Below are positions 1-9,436 of a stretch of DNA of 64,000 bases, one piece after another (position 1 is the first letter of the stretch; the number at the start of each line of letters is the position of its first letter). The notes under the pieces are model-generated. The model ran no database searches. It saw nothing but the letters and a program-made list of their open reading frames with translations, and was not told the origin of the DNA. Source of the DNA: Anaerolineales bacterium. GTDB taxonomy: Bacteria; Chloroflexota; Anaerolineae; Anaerolineales; UBA11858. Position numbers and translations under genes: made by a program. Location of the stretch: NCBI GenBank assembly GCA_034520505.1, contig JAXHNK010000002.1, positions 425,269 through 489,268 of the forward strand. Reading direction: 5' to 3'.

Positions 1-776
1 CCCCACCTCAGATATCTCCCCAAGATATAGAAAGCAGCAAACAGACCGAAAAGAAAAAGGTGCAGCAAAACCCCAGAATGAAGCGCATTGCCGAGCTGGG
101 GGCAGAACTGGGCATCCCCGTCCGACCCATGATGAGAGCGGCCCACGGCTGGGCCTCCGGGATTGTCTCCATTGTGGAATCCAGGCCGAACACTGAACTG
201 ATTTTAATGAACTGGAACAAGCCCACATCCGCTGCCAACATCTACGGCAGCCCCGAAAAGACCATCCTGGAAAATGTCAGAGCGGATGTGGCCATACTCC
301 GCCCGCGTCGGCTGCAGGAAACCGTACGCCGGGTGCTGATCCCTGCTGGCGGCGGACCCCATGCCCGCCTCGGCCTGCGGCTGGCAGCGGAAATCACCCA
401 CAGCGACCAGGCTGAATTGACAGTTCTTCGCATTGTCTCTCCCTCTCCTGAAATAGAACTTGAGGCCGAAAAACGCGCCCTGGATCACCTGGTGGAAGAG
501 GTATTAGCTGAGGACATAAAAGCCAAGATGAGAACGAAAGTCGTTGTTGAGAAGGATGTTGTTTCTGCCATCATCCAGGAAGCAAGAGAGGATGAATACG
601 ACTTGCTGGTCATTGGCGCCTCTGATGAGTGGGCGGTCAAGAGTTTATTGGTTGGTTCCATCCCGGATGCGGTCGCGGACCAGGCCCCCTGCTCTGTCCT
701 GCTGGTCCGCCGCCATGAAGCCTCCAGCCTGAACGCCATACGCAGGATCCTCAGCAGTATTCGAGGCTGGAAGTAG
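1..776 (+). CDS. Universal stress protein (UspA) domain protein, 5'-truncated by the window edge; probably the C-terminal tandem-USP part of a longer protein
   Basis: Frame 3 is open from nt 3 to TAG 774-776. USP hallmarks are present: VLIPAGGGPHA, DLLVIGASDEW, GSIPDAVADQAPCSVLLVRR. The residues before them look like the end of another USP domain. Confidence 0.6.
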   Translation, partial: PPQISPQDIESSKQTEKKKVQQNPRMKRIAELGAELGIPVRPMMRAAHGWASGIVSIVESRPNTELILMNWNKPTSAANIYGSPEKTILENVRADVAILRPRRLQETVRRVLIPAGGGPHARLGLRLAAEITHSDQAELTVLRIVSPSPEIELEAEKRALDHLVEEVLAEDIKAKMRTKVVVEKDVVSAIIQEAREDEYDLLVIGASDEWAVKSLLVGSIPDAVADQAPCSVLLVRRHEASSLNAIRRILSSIRGWK

Positions 777-1261
777 TGGATCGACCGGGTGATCTGCACG
801 ATTGATCTCGCTCTTGACGATCAGCGGCGCCGCATAGTAAAGGTTAAAACCTTCCGCCCTGATCAAATCCTCCCTCTCGCAACCTCGAAATTCATCCTGC
901 GCAGCTCACCCGGAAACAACCTTCCGGGTCTGGATGTCTTCAGCCGGAAAGATCTCAACCAGGAAGGCCCCCATCTGACCTTCATCAAAACCTAGATCTC
1001 CCTGCTAAGGCAGGAGTTGGCAGTCCCCAACCCACGTCAACATCATCCTCTTTTCCCAAAATGCACCCATTTTCCCTCGAAATTGACCTGCATCTCAAAT
1101 GAACTTATGCTGCCTTCGTAGGCTCCGGCCGGGTTTTGGCGTTTCGGCTCAGGAAGACGACCTCAGGGATCCTTCACTGCCCTCAGGTTGACGGTAAAAA
1201 GAACCGCCGGGGAGGAAAAACAAATTCGGCCCTTCACCTTCACCGCGGACTTCTAACCCCG

Positions 1262-1290
1262 TTGCACATTCCCGCCTCCTCGCCTACAAT
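1262..1290 (+). promoter_or_regulatory. Candidate sigma70-type promoter of recD2
   Basis: TTGCAC (1262-1267), a 17-nt spacer, then TACAAT (1285-1290), 42 nt upstream of ATG 1333. Confidence 0.4.
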
Positions 1291-1332
1291 CCTCAGTACC
1301 CGCACTAACCACAGGCAGGCCAACCCTCAAAG

Positions 1333-3570
1333 ATGACAGACACCCTCAGCGGCACCGTCGACCGCATCACTTATTTCAACCAGGAGAACGGCTACACCGT
1401 GCTCCAGCTGGCGCCGGACCAGGCCATGGTCCCCGGTTTATCCAAAGGCGGACTGGCCACCGTGGTCGGCAGCCTGCCTGAGGTTGCCCCGGGCGAGCAC
1501 CTCGCGTTGGAAGGTCGCTGGACCACCCACAGCAAGTACGGGACCCAGTTCGCGGTCGAGGTCTGTAAGCCGTCCGTGCCGGTCACCCCGGACGGCCTCA
1601 AGCGCTACCTGGGCTCGGGCCTGATCGAGGGCATCGGGCCGCAGTTCGCAGAGCGCATCGCGGACCACTTCGGGGAGGACACCCTGCAGGTATTGGAAGA
1701 TCAGCCGGAGCGGCTGACCGAGATCCCTGGGATCGGGCCCAAGCGCTCCCGCGGGATCCAGAGGGCCTGGGAAGAGCAGCGGGGCGTGAAAGAAATCATG
1801 CTCTTCCTGCACGAGCACGGGATCAGCACAAACCTGGCGGTCAAAATCTACAAAACCTACGGGGAGGAAGCCCTCACCATGGTCCGAGGTAACCCTTACC
1901 AGCTGGAACGGGACATCTACGGGGTCGGTTTCAAGACCGCGGACCGCATCGCCCGCGACCTCGGCCTGCCGACCGACCACCCCTCACGGATCGAGGCCGG
2001 GATCATTTACGCCTTAGAAGAGGACCTCGGCGAGGGCCACACCTATTCGCCCCCGGGCTCGCTGCTGGATCGCGCCGTCGAGCTGCTGGACTGCTCCCCC
2101 GCGTTAATCGAGGAAGGCCTGGCCCGGCTGATCAAGGAAGATCGGATTCGAGTGGACCGGGTGCCGTTACCGGGGGACACCCCTGACGGGGAGGTTTCCC
2201 CGGAACAGATCGATGCCGTTTACCTGACCCCGTTCTACCATGCCGAGACCGGGGCTGCCTCCCTGCTCCGCGAGCTGGCCGGGGCGCTGCCCTCCCGGCT
2301 GAGCGACATCCCCCCGGCTTTCCTGGAAGAGCTCCATCCCCCGGGGGAGGATGCGGTCGCCCTTTCCGACGATCAAAAGGCCGCGGCCCACACTGCCCTT
2401 ACCCACCCGGTCAGCGTGCTCACCGGCGGACCCGGGACAGGCAAGACCACCTGCCTTCGCTACCTGATTTCGATCCTAGAAGGGAGCAGCAAGCGCATTG
2501 CCCTGGCCTCCCCCACCGGGCGGGCCGCCAAACATCTCTCCACCGCCACCGGCCAGCCGGCCAGCACCGTCCACCGCCTGCTCGGCTACTCCCCCCAGGA
2601 AGGATTCCAGCACGACCGGGAAGACCCGCTGGAGATCGACATCCTGATCGTGGACGAAGCCTCCATGCTCGACCTGCCCCTGACCTACAACCTGCTCAAA
2701 GCCCTGGCACCGGGTACCCACCTGCTGCTGGTGGGCGATGTGGACCAGCTGCCCTCGGTCGGCCCCGGGAACGTGCTCGGCGACGTGATCGCCAGCGGGG
2801 CGGCCCCGGTCACCCGGCTACAGTCGATCTTCCGCCAGGCCGCCGGTTCGGAAATCATCACCAACGCCCACCGCATCAACCGGGGGGAGATGCCCGTCTT
2901 CCCGGTCCGCGACCCCGGGGCAGAACGCCAGCCCGATTTTTACCTCTTCCCCGCCGAGGATGCCGCGGCAGCCGCCGACTGGATCGTCGACCTGGTCACT
3001 CGGCGGATCCCGGAGCAGTTTGGCCTGGACCCCAGGGAGGACATCCAGGTGCTGGCCCCCATGTACCGCGGGCCGGCCGGGGTGGACGCCCTCAACGACC
3101 GGCTGCAGGCCGCCCTCAACCCGGCCCGGAAAGGTTTCCCGGAAAAAGCCCTCTTCGGGAACACCTACCGCCCGGGGGACAAGGTGATGCAGCTCGAGAA
3201 CGACTACACCAAGGAGGTCTTCAACGGGGATATCGGTACCCTGCGGGAGATCGAGGAGACCGGCCAAATCCTGACCGTGGAATTCGACGGTCGGCTGGTG
3301 AAGTATGAATGGAGCGAAGCCGACACCCTCACCCTGGCCTACGCAGTCTCGGTGCACAAAGCCCAGGGGGCGGAGTTCCCGGCCGTGGTCCTTCCCGCGG
3401 TCACCCAGCATTACATCATGCTCCGCCGCAACCTGCTCTACACCGCGGTCACCCGGGCCCAGCGCCTATGCGTGCTGGCCGGGAACCGCCGGGCGGTCGC
3501 CATCGCGGTTAACAACCATCAGGAAGCCCAGCGCTGCTCCGCCCTGGACTGGCGGTTGAAATCGAGCTAA
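1333..3570 (+). CDS. recD2: RecD2-type SF1 ATP-dependent DNA helicase (RecD/TraA family)
   Basis: 745 aa. Walker A GGPGTGKTT, Walker B/motif II ILIVDEASMLD, LLLVGDVDQLPSVGPG, an N-terminal HhH region (GIGPKRSRGIQ) and a C-terminal VHKAQGAEF...LYTAVTRA. Confidence 0.9.
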   Translation: MTDTLSGTVDRITYFNQENGYTVLQLAPDQAMVPGLSKGGLATVVGSLPEVAPGEHLALEGRWTTHSKYGTQFAVEVCKPSVPVTPDGLKRYLGSGLIEGIGPQFAERIADHFGEDTLQVLEDQPERLTEIPGIGPKRSRGIQRAWEEQRGVKEIMLFLHEHGISTNLAVKIYKTYGEEALTMVRGNPYQLERDIYGVGFKTADRIARDLGLPTDHPSRIEAGIIYALEEDLGEGHTYSPPGSLLDRAVELLDCSPALIEEGLARLIKEDRIRVDRVPLPGDTPDGEVSPEQIDAVYLTPFYHAETGAASLLRELAGALPSRLSDIPPAFLEELHPPGEDAVALSDDQKAAAHTALTHPVSVLTGGPGTGKTTCLRYLISILEGSSKRIALASPTGRAAKHLSTATGQPASTVHRLLGYSPQEGFQHDREDPLEIDILIVDEASMLDLPLTYNLLKALAPGTHLLLVGDVDQLPSVGPGNVLGDVIASGAAPVTRLQSIFRQAAGSEIITNAHRINRGEMPVFPVRDPGAERQPDFYLFPAEDAAAAADWIVDLVTRRIPEQFGLDPREDIQVLAPMYRGPAGVDALNDRLQAALNPARKGFPEKALFGNTYRPGDKVMQLENDYTKEVFNGDIGTLREIEETGQILTVEFDGRLVKYEWSEADTLTLAYAVSVHKAQGAEFPAVVLPAVTQHYIMLRRNLLYTAVTRAQRLCVLAGNRRAVAIAVNNHQEAQRCSALDWRLKSS

Positions 3571-3946
3571 TTCTCGCTCAGGGGTAAGCCAGGCTCAACA
3601 GTATTCTCCTGCCAACTGAGACTCCAGGAAAAATAGTTGATCCCCCAATTTCACAGCCGGCGGGCGGAGAATCCCTTGATCATTATTGGATTGTTTACCC
3701 ACCAGAATCGATCCAACCCTCTCTATTTCAACCCCTCTCCGGCATATTCCTGCCTGGTAAACCCTCTTTTTGGCACATAATCCTAGCAATGACAATTAAA
3801 AATACCCAGCAAGTTAATGTCTTATTTCTATCTTGAAAAAGATGTTGCTGCCACAAAAGACGACTTCAGACAGACAACTTTAAAAGGCTTACGCTCATTA
3901 CCAATCCGAATGTTCAAATCTGGATCTGTTACAGATAAGAAAGAAA

Positions 3947-4620
3947 ATGAGATTTCGCAATCTGTCGAAAATATTGGATAGATATATAAATAAAGACGTG
4001 AAAGAGGATATCCAAGGAATATTGAATATTGATTTGTCTGATAATTCTGTGAACAGCCTAGTATTCCATGACTTACTTACTAGTGCTGCAAATGAAATGA
4101 TTAATCATCGCAAGAAACAAAAGTCGTTGTTATCTGCTATTGACCTCTTTAAATTCTTTGACAAAGGCATCGATTTTGTGATTTTCCTGGAAGCTTTTGC
4201 TGGAGAGATAAAGTATGGAGAGCGGATTAGAGATTTAGGCGCAATACACCACGACATCGACGGGCTGCGGCTGGTCCCGGTGGGCGGCGGCCCGTCAGAT
4301 GCCTGGGAACTGCAGGTGCAGCTCAAGCTGCGCGATCCCGCGCAGGATTGGCAGGAGTGGCAGTACCAGGAAGGGGGAAACTTCATCAAGCGCGAATGGG
4401 TCGCGGCCTACCGCTTCCGGGACATGGACAAGGATAAGGCCCGCTTCTACCAGTTCGCCCTCCCGGCCCGGGGCCAGTTCACCAAGGCCGGCTCGCTGCC
4501 CGGGGCTACACCTGCACTACCCAGAAAAAGCTGGAGCTGGCCCAGATCCCGGCCTACGACCCGGAATTTGTCCCCGGCAGGAAAAACATCTTCCGGTATA
4601 ATGTTCTTATACCCCATTGA
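3947..4620 (+). pseudogene. Hypothetical gene with an AT-rich 5' part and a GC-rich 3' part, disrupted by a 1-nt frameshift at a G run (about 4502-4505)
   Basis: Frame 2 reads protein-like sequence up to ...FTKAGSLPG. Beyond that, only frame 1 looks protein-like (GYTCTTQKKLELAQIPAYDPEFVPGRKNIFRYNVLIPH, stop TGA 4618-4620), and frame 2 becomes R/S/P/W-rich junk. No family recognised. Confidence 0.3.
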
Positions 4621-4699
4621 CAACCCCAGGATCAACAATCACCCCCTCACGCTTCCCCCACCGGGAAACGGTTTCATTTCCCCCTTCAAGGAGGACCCC

Positions 4700-5008
4700 A
4701 TGCCGCCCCGCTACGATAAAAAAGGTAAACTGTTCACCGAAAAAATCACCAAAGACCGCGTCAAAGTCACCATCCAGACCGCGGTCAACCGCATCTCGGG
4801 ACATCTCCATGTGCCCCCGGACGAAAGGATGAAGGACGACCTCAATAATTCCCGGGGGTTCCTGGCCATCACCCAGGGGAGAGTGCTCTCCCCGGACGAT
4901 CAGGAACTGACCACCTTCGATTTTCTGGCCGTCAATAAAGAACAAATCATCTGGGTGATCGAGGAAGAAGAACGCGAACCAGAACCAACACCCGGAGAGG
5001 AACTGTGA
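4700..5008 (+). CDS. Small hypothetical protein (102 aa, acidic C-terminus), start/stop-overlapped with the CpaF-type ATPase
   Basis: AAGGAGG at 4688-4694 lies 5 nt before ATG 4700. Stop TGA 5006-5008 overlaps GTG 5005 of the next gene. It is the only protein-like part of the 3' third of track ORF 3947..5008. Confidence 0.55.
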   Translation: MPPRYDKKGKLFTEKITKDRVKVTIQTAVNRISGHLHVPPDERMKDDLNNSRGFLAITQGRVLSPDDQELTTFDFLAVNKEQIIWVIEEEEREPEPTPGEEL

Positions 5009-6297
5009 ATCAAAATCAAGAGCAGGAAAAACGCCAGCTGACGATAGAAGAATCAAAAAAGATCCGGGACTATTTTCTCACCAACGTGAAACGAAAGGTC
5101 GATGATCAGGACGGCCAATCCCAGGTCTCTCCCGAGATGATCAAAACCTTCCTGGACGAGATCTACCAATCGGCCAACATCCAGCTGGGAGAAAAGTTTA
5201 AAAACTCCCTGTTCGAGGAAATCGTGGACGAAGTGCAGGGCTACGGCCCCATCCAGCCCCTGCTCAACGACCCCGAGATCACCGAAATCATGGTCAACGG
5301 CCCCAAAAACATTTTCATCGAAAAAGAGGGCAAACTGACCCGGGCTGCGGTAGCCTTTGAGGATGACGCCCATGTCATCCGGATCATCGAAAAAATCGTC
5401 CTCCCCCTGGGAAGGAGGATCGACGAAGACACCCCCACCGTGGACGCCCGCCTGCCGGACGGGTCCCGGGTGAACGCGGTCATCCCCCCGGTGGCCATTG
5501 ACGGACCCTCCATCACCATCCGTAAATTTGCCCTGGAAAAATTGACCGTCCAGGACCTGATCGATTACGGCTCTATCACCCAGATCGCGGCTGATTTCCT
5601 CCAGGCCTGCGTGGAAGCACGCCTGAATGTGATCATTTCCGGCGGCACCGGATCCGGGAAGACCACCCTGCTGAACATCCTGTCCGGGTTCATCCCCAAA
5701 ACCGAACGGATCGTGACCATCGAGGATTCCGCCGAGCTCCAGCTGCAGCAGGAGCATGTGGTCCGCCTGGAAACCCAACCCCCGGACATTGAGCGGCGCA
5801 ACGAAGTCACCATCCGGGACCTGGTGCGCAATTCGCTGCGCATGCGTCCGGATCGGATCGTGGTCGGCGAGGTGCGGGGGGGAGAAACCATCGATATGCT
5901 CCAGGCGATGAACACGGGACACGACGGATCGCTGACCACGCTGCATTCCAATTCCCCCCGGGACGCCCTCTCACGCATGGAAACTATGGCCATGATGTCG
6001 GGGATGGATCTGCCCATCCGGGTGATCCGGGAGCAGATCGCCTCGGCGGTGGACGTGATCGTCCAGCAGTCGCGGTTCACCGATGGAACCCGGAAAGTGA
6101 CCTTCATCACGGAAGTGGCCGGCATGGAAGGGGACACCATCGTGATGACCGATGTCTTCAAGTTCAAACAGACCGGCATTGACCAGGGAAAGATCCTGGG
6201 CAAATTATCCCCCACCGGCATCCGCCCCATGTTCTCCGAACACCTGAAAGAAGCGGGGTTCGAGATGGGCCCGGAAATGTTTGGAGCCGGTGCTTAA
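5005..6297 (+). CDS. cpaF: CpaF/TadA-family type II/IV secretion system ATPase (VirB11-like hexameric ATPase)
   Basis: 430 aa. Walker [45 protein letters not shown], and the N-terminal [10 protein letters not shown] motif. Confidence 0.9.
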   Translation: MNQNQEQEKRQLTIEESKKIRDYFLTNVKRKVDDQDGQSQVSPEMIKTFLDEIYQSANIQLGEKFKNSLFEEIVDEVQGYGPIQPLLNDPEITEIMVNGPKNIFIEKEGKLTRAAVAFEDDAHVIRIIEKIVLPLGRRIDEDTPTVDARLPDGSRVNAVIPPVAIDGPSITIRKFALEKLTVQDLIDYGSITQIAADFLQACVEARLNVIISGGTGSGKTTLLNILSGFIPKTERIVTIEDSAELQLQQEHVVRLETQPPDIERRNEVTIRDLVRNSLRMRPDRIVVGEVRGGETIDMLQAMNTGHDGSLTTLHSNSPRDALSRMETMAMMSGMDLPIRVIREQIASAVDVIVQQSRFTDGTRKVTFITEVAGMEGDTIVMTDVFKFKQTGIDQGKILGKLSPTGIRPMFSEHLKEAGFEMGPEMFGAGA

Positions 6298-6428
6298 CCT
6301 GGAAAACCCCGGGGAAAAAGGAAACGCGGCCCGGAGGCCGGGCGGCAAATCTGGTAAGGTCTCTGCAGCTGACCACGTCCCATTAAGCGAACGAGAAAGA
6401 GAATAAGTCAAACCCCAAAGGAAACCCT

Positions 6429-7808
6429 ATGACTGAAAAATATGACGTGATCTGGATAGGCACAGGACAGGCTACCGGGACAGTCATCCCCAGGTTAGTG
6501 GAAGCGGGAAAGACAATTGCCATCGCCGAGGGGGGCAAATTCGGCGGCAGCTGCGTCAACTACGGCTGCACCCCGACCAAAACGCTGGTGGCCAGCGCCC
6601 GGGCGGCTCACATGGCCCGCCGCGGCCCGGATTTCGGCGTGAAGACCGGAGAGATCGAGATTGATTTTCAACGAGTGATGGAGCGCCAGAATCAAATGCG
6701 CACCAGCACCAGCGAAGGATTAGAAAGCTGGCTGCGCGGGCTGGATGAGGTGACGATTTACGACGAATACGCCCTCCTGGAAGGACCCCACTCGGTCCGG
6801 GTGGGGAAGGAGGTCATCCGGGGAGAAACCATCATCATCAACGCCGGCGGGCGGTCCCGCGTGATCCCCATCGAAGGCATTGAGGAGGTGGATTGGCTGG
6901 ATAACACCCGGATGCTAGACCTTAAACAGCTCCCGGATCACCTGGTGATCGTCGGCGGCAGCTACATCGGCCTGGAATTCGCCCAGATCTTCCGCCGGCT
7001 GGGCAGCCGGGTCACCGTGCTGGAAGGCGGGTCCCAGCTGATGTTCCGGGAAGACGCCGACATCGCGGAAATCGCCCGGGAAGTCCTCAGCGGAGAAGGG
7101 GTTGACGTGCGGCTCAACGCCCAGGTAGCGAGCTTGGCCCAGCCCCGGAAGGAGCACATTGAGGTCTCTTTCCAGCAGGACGGGGAAGAGCAGCAGGTCA
7201 GCGGCAGCCACCTGCTGCTGGCGGTGGGCCGGGTGCCCAACAGCGATCGGCTCAACCCGGAAGCGGCCGGGCTGGAGGTGGACGACCGCGGTTACATCCA
7301 GGTCAATGAGGTCATGCAAACCAGCGTCCCCCATATTTACGCGCTGGGTGATATCAACGGAGAGGGCGCTTTCACCCACACCGCGGTGAACGACGGGGAA
7401 ATTTTCTGGGACCATTTCAGCGGGGATTCTGACCGCACGCTGGATCAAAGGATATCCACCTATGCCCTGTTCATCGATCCCCCGCTGGGCCGGGTGGGGA
7501 TGAGCGAGAAGGAAGCCCGGGAAAGCGGGAGGAATATCTGGATGGCCGTGATGCCCATGGATCAGATCGCCCGGGCCAAAGAAAAAGATGAGACAGCCGG
7601 GATGGTCAAGATCCTGGTGGACAAGGACAGCGAGGAAATCGTGGGGGCGGCGGTGTTTGGCGTAGGCGGGGATGAGGTGGCCAACGTTTTCACCCCCTTT
7701 ATGTACACCGGAGCATCCTACAAACTGTTCCGGAAAGCCGTCCTCACCCACCCCACGGTAGCGGAGCTCCTGCCCTGGATCCTGGACGACCTGCAGCCGC
7801 TGGATTAA
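6429..7808 (+). CDS. Class I FAD-dependent pyridine nucleotide-disulfide oxidoreductase (MerA/Lpd-like; lacks a C-terminal Cys pair)
   Basis: 459 aa. N-terminal dinucleotide fold YDVIWIGTGQA, redox-active CVNYGC motif, second GGSYIGLEFA fold, and a C-terminal dimerisation region with HPT. Confidence 0.85.
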   Translation: MTEKYDVIWIGTGQATGTVIPRLVEAGKTIAIAEGGKFGGSCVNYGCTPTKTLVASARAAHMARRGPDFGVKTGEIEIDFQRVMERQNQMRTSTSEGLESWLRGLDEVTIYDEYALLEGPHSVRVGKEVIRGETIIINAGGRSRVIPIEGIEEVDWLDNTRMLDLKQLPDHLVIVGGSYIGLEFAQIFRRLGSRVTVLEGGSQLMFREDADIAEIAREVLSGEGVDVRLNAQVASLAQPRKEHIEVSFQQDGEEQQVSGSHLLLAVGRVPNSDRLNPEAAGLEVDDRGYIQVNEVMQTSVPHIYALGDINGEGAFTHTAVNDGEIFWDHFSGDSDRTLDQRISTYALFIDPPLGRVGMSEKEARESGRNIWMAVMPMDQIARAKEKDETAGMVKILVDKDSEEIVGAAVFGVGGDEVANVFTPFMYTGASYKLFRKAVLTHPTVAELLPWILDDLQPLD

Positions 7809-7901
7809 TGGAATCCAGCCGGGAGGTAACTATCCGCCTTCCGGCTGGTATAATCAGCAGAGAAATCATCCTTTCAGCAGCTAGAGTTCGAGGTGAGGTT
7901 T

Positions 7902-8111
7902 ATGAATGTTGCCAAAGCAGCCCTGTTCATCATCATGACTTTGTTGGCGATTATCATCTTCTTTTCTCTGACCGGTTTGGACGTCAAAGACCCCATGCCG
8001 GCGGTCATCCGCATCATTGACTGGACAGCAGAACTCAACCGAACGGTAAACAGCTTTATTCAAGAAGTTGTCCTGACCATTCAGACCCGCATTTCAGCGA
8101 TGTTCCCCTGA
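7902..8111 (+). CDS. Small hypothetical membrane protein (69 aa)
   Basis: A GAGGTGAGG purine tract sits just upstream of ATG 7902. There is one hydrophobic helix (ALFIIMTLLAIIIFFSL), and a hairpin terminator follows directly. Confidence 0.4.
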   Translation: MNVAKAALFIIMTLLAIIIFFSLTGLDVKDPMPAVIRIIDWTAELNRTVNSFIQEVVLTIQTRISAMFP

Positions 8112-8138
8112 TCACTCTCAGTCTTTCCAGCCGAAACT

Positions 8139-8186
8139 GCAGGAATCCAGGCACGCGGTACGCTGCCGGATTCCTGCTTCGTTTTC
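8139..8186 (+). terminator. Rho-independent terminator-like hairpin
   Basis: GCAGGAATCC (8139-8148) pairs with GGATTCCTGC (8168-8177) and is followed by TTCGTTTTC. Confidence 0.5.
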
Positions 8187-9166
8187 TACGCCGGCCAGAT
8201 TTTTCGACCTCCTCCCGGGGGGACGATCTCCGCAATGTGCGCTAATTCTTCCTCGGTCAGGGGCGGGAGTTTTCCGGCCGCCACGTTTTCCTCCAGCTGT
8301 CGGTCGGTCTTCGCCCCGGGGATGACCGTGGTCACCGCCGGATGGGCGAGCACAAACTGGATGGCCAGCTGGGCGAGCGAACGGCCGTCCGCCAGCTCCC
8401 GCAGCCGGTCAACTTTCTCCAGATCATCCAGGAAAATTTGATATTCATCCTCATTTTCATGCCAGCGGCGGCGGAAATCGCCTTCCGGGAACCGGGTTTC
8501 CGGGGTAAATTTCCCGGTCAGGATGCCCATCGCCAGCGGACCCCGGACGATAACCCCGATGTCCTCTTCCTGACAGTAAGGAAATATCTCTTTTTCTGCG
8601 GTGCGGTTGAGGATGCTGTAATCGATCTGCAGGGTGGACGTATTCCCATCGGCATTGAAGGTTTTCAGGTAGTCAAAATCGCTGGTGCTCACGCCGTAAG
8701 CGCGGACTTTTCCTTGCTCCTGCAGCGCCTGGAACCCTTCCAGGAAATATTCCAGGTTCGGTCCCTGAAAGTCGATATGACACTGAATGACGTCCAGGTA
8801 ATCCGTCCCCAGCCTTTCCAGGTTGGATTCCACCCCGGCAATTAACTTTTCCGTGCTGTCGTACCGGGATTTTCCGGCGTCGTGATCGAACCCCACCCAG
8901 CCGATCTTGGACGCCACGATAAACTCCTCCCGGCGGCCCTTCATCGCCCAGCCGAGCAGCTGCTCGCTGTGACCCATTCCGTACACGTCGGCGGTGTCGA
9001 AAAAGTTGATCCCGGCCTGGAGGGCGGCTTCTATCGCTTCCAGGGAATTTTCATCATCCACCGGGCCCCACTCATCGCCCCCTATGGCCCAGAGGCCGAT
9101 GCCAATCTCCGTGACCTCAATCCCGCTCTTGCCCAGCTCCCTTTTCTTCAAATCCTGTTCCGTCAT
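8186..9166 (-). CDS. Aldo/keto reductase family oxidoreductase
   Basis: AKR motifs: GIGLWAIGG, FFDTADVYG, AYGVS, VIPGAKT. The start is placed at ATG 9166, preceded by GGGAGGGAAG. The 41-codon upstream extension in the track is not protein-like. Confidence 0.85.
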   Translation of the reverse strand: MTEQDLKKRELGKSGIEVTEIGIGLWAIGGDEWGPVDDENSLEAIEAALQAGINFFDTADVYGMGHSEQLLGWAMKGRREEFIVASKIGWVGFDHDAGKSRYDSTEKLIAGVESNLERLGTDYLDVIQCHIDFQGPNLEYFLEGFQALQEQGKVRAYGVSTSDFDYLKTFNADGNTSTLQIDYSILNRTAEKEIFPYCQEEDIGVIVRGPLAMGILTGKFTPETRFPEGDFRRRWHENEDEYQIFLDDLEKVDRLRELADGRSLAQLAIQFVLAHPAVTTVIPGAKTDRQLEENVAAGKLPPLTEEELAHIAEIVPPGGGRKIWPA

Positions 9167-9363
9167 CTTCCCTCCCTGTTCAGCTAAATTTGAGTTCCAA
9201 CCGTTTGATCCCTGCGGGATGATTACCCCTGTTCCCGCTGTCCCGGGCGGACTTTCAGCCCGGGGCGTCTTCACAGCGGTTAATTTCATTATACCAACCC
9301 CTGAAAGCCGGATTGTATTCGCCAGACTCCCCCTTAATTCCCCGTTAGAAACCTTTCCGGGCC

Positions 9364-9392
9364 TTGTTTCCGGCCCCCCAATCCTTTATGAT
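9364..9392 (+). promoter_or_regulatory. Candidate sigma70-type promoter of the copper ATPase gene
   Basis: TTGTTT (9364-9369), a 17-nt spacer, then TATGAT (9387-9392), 44 nt upstream of ATG 9437. Confidence 0.4.
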
Positions 9393-9436
9393 CACATTAA
9401 CCAGGTAAGAAGATCACCCATCAGTGAGGAGCAACT

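Noticed and set aside
789-995. A 68-codon GTG ORF downstream of the USP-domain gene.
   Set aside because: It has no SD and no recognisable family, and it overlaps protein-like fragments on the opposite strand. It is treated as part of a decayed or non-coding gap rather than as a gene.
3947-5008. The 353-aa track ORF taken as a single gene.
   Set aside because: It concatenates four things: an AT-rich segment, a GC-rich fragment, about 65 codons of junk-like read-through after a homopolymer frameshift, and a separate small gene with its own perfect SD at 4688-4694.
7808-8020. A 70-aa ORF overlapping the stop of the oxidoreductase gene and the start of the small membrane protein gene.
   Set aside because: Its composition is His/Arg-rich with no SD. 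The alternative frame (7902..8111) has an SD-like tract, a TM helix and a terminator.
8186-9289. The N-terminal 41-codon extension of the aldo/keto reductase ORF. Similar extensions occur at 16719..16805, 23174..23212, 38634..38705, 49725..49784, 60704..60745 and 63873..63929.
   Set aside because: Internal ATG/GTG codons with strong SD sequences match the expected family N-termini. The extensions are not protein-like, or they run through terminators or neighbouring genes.
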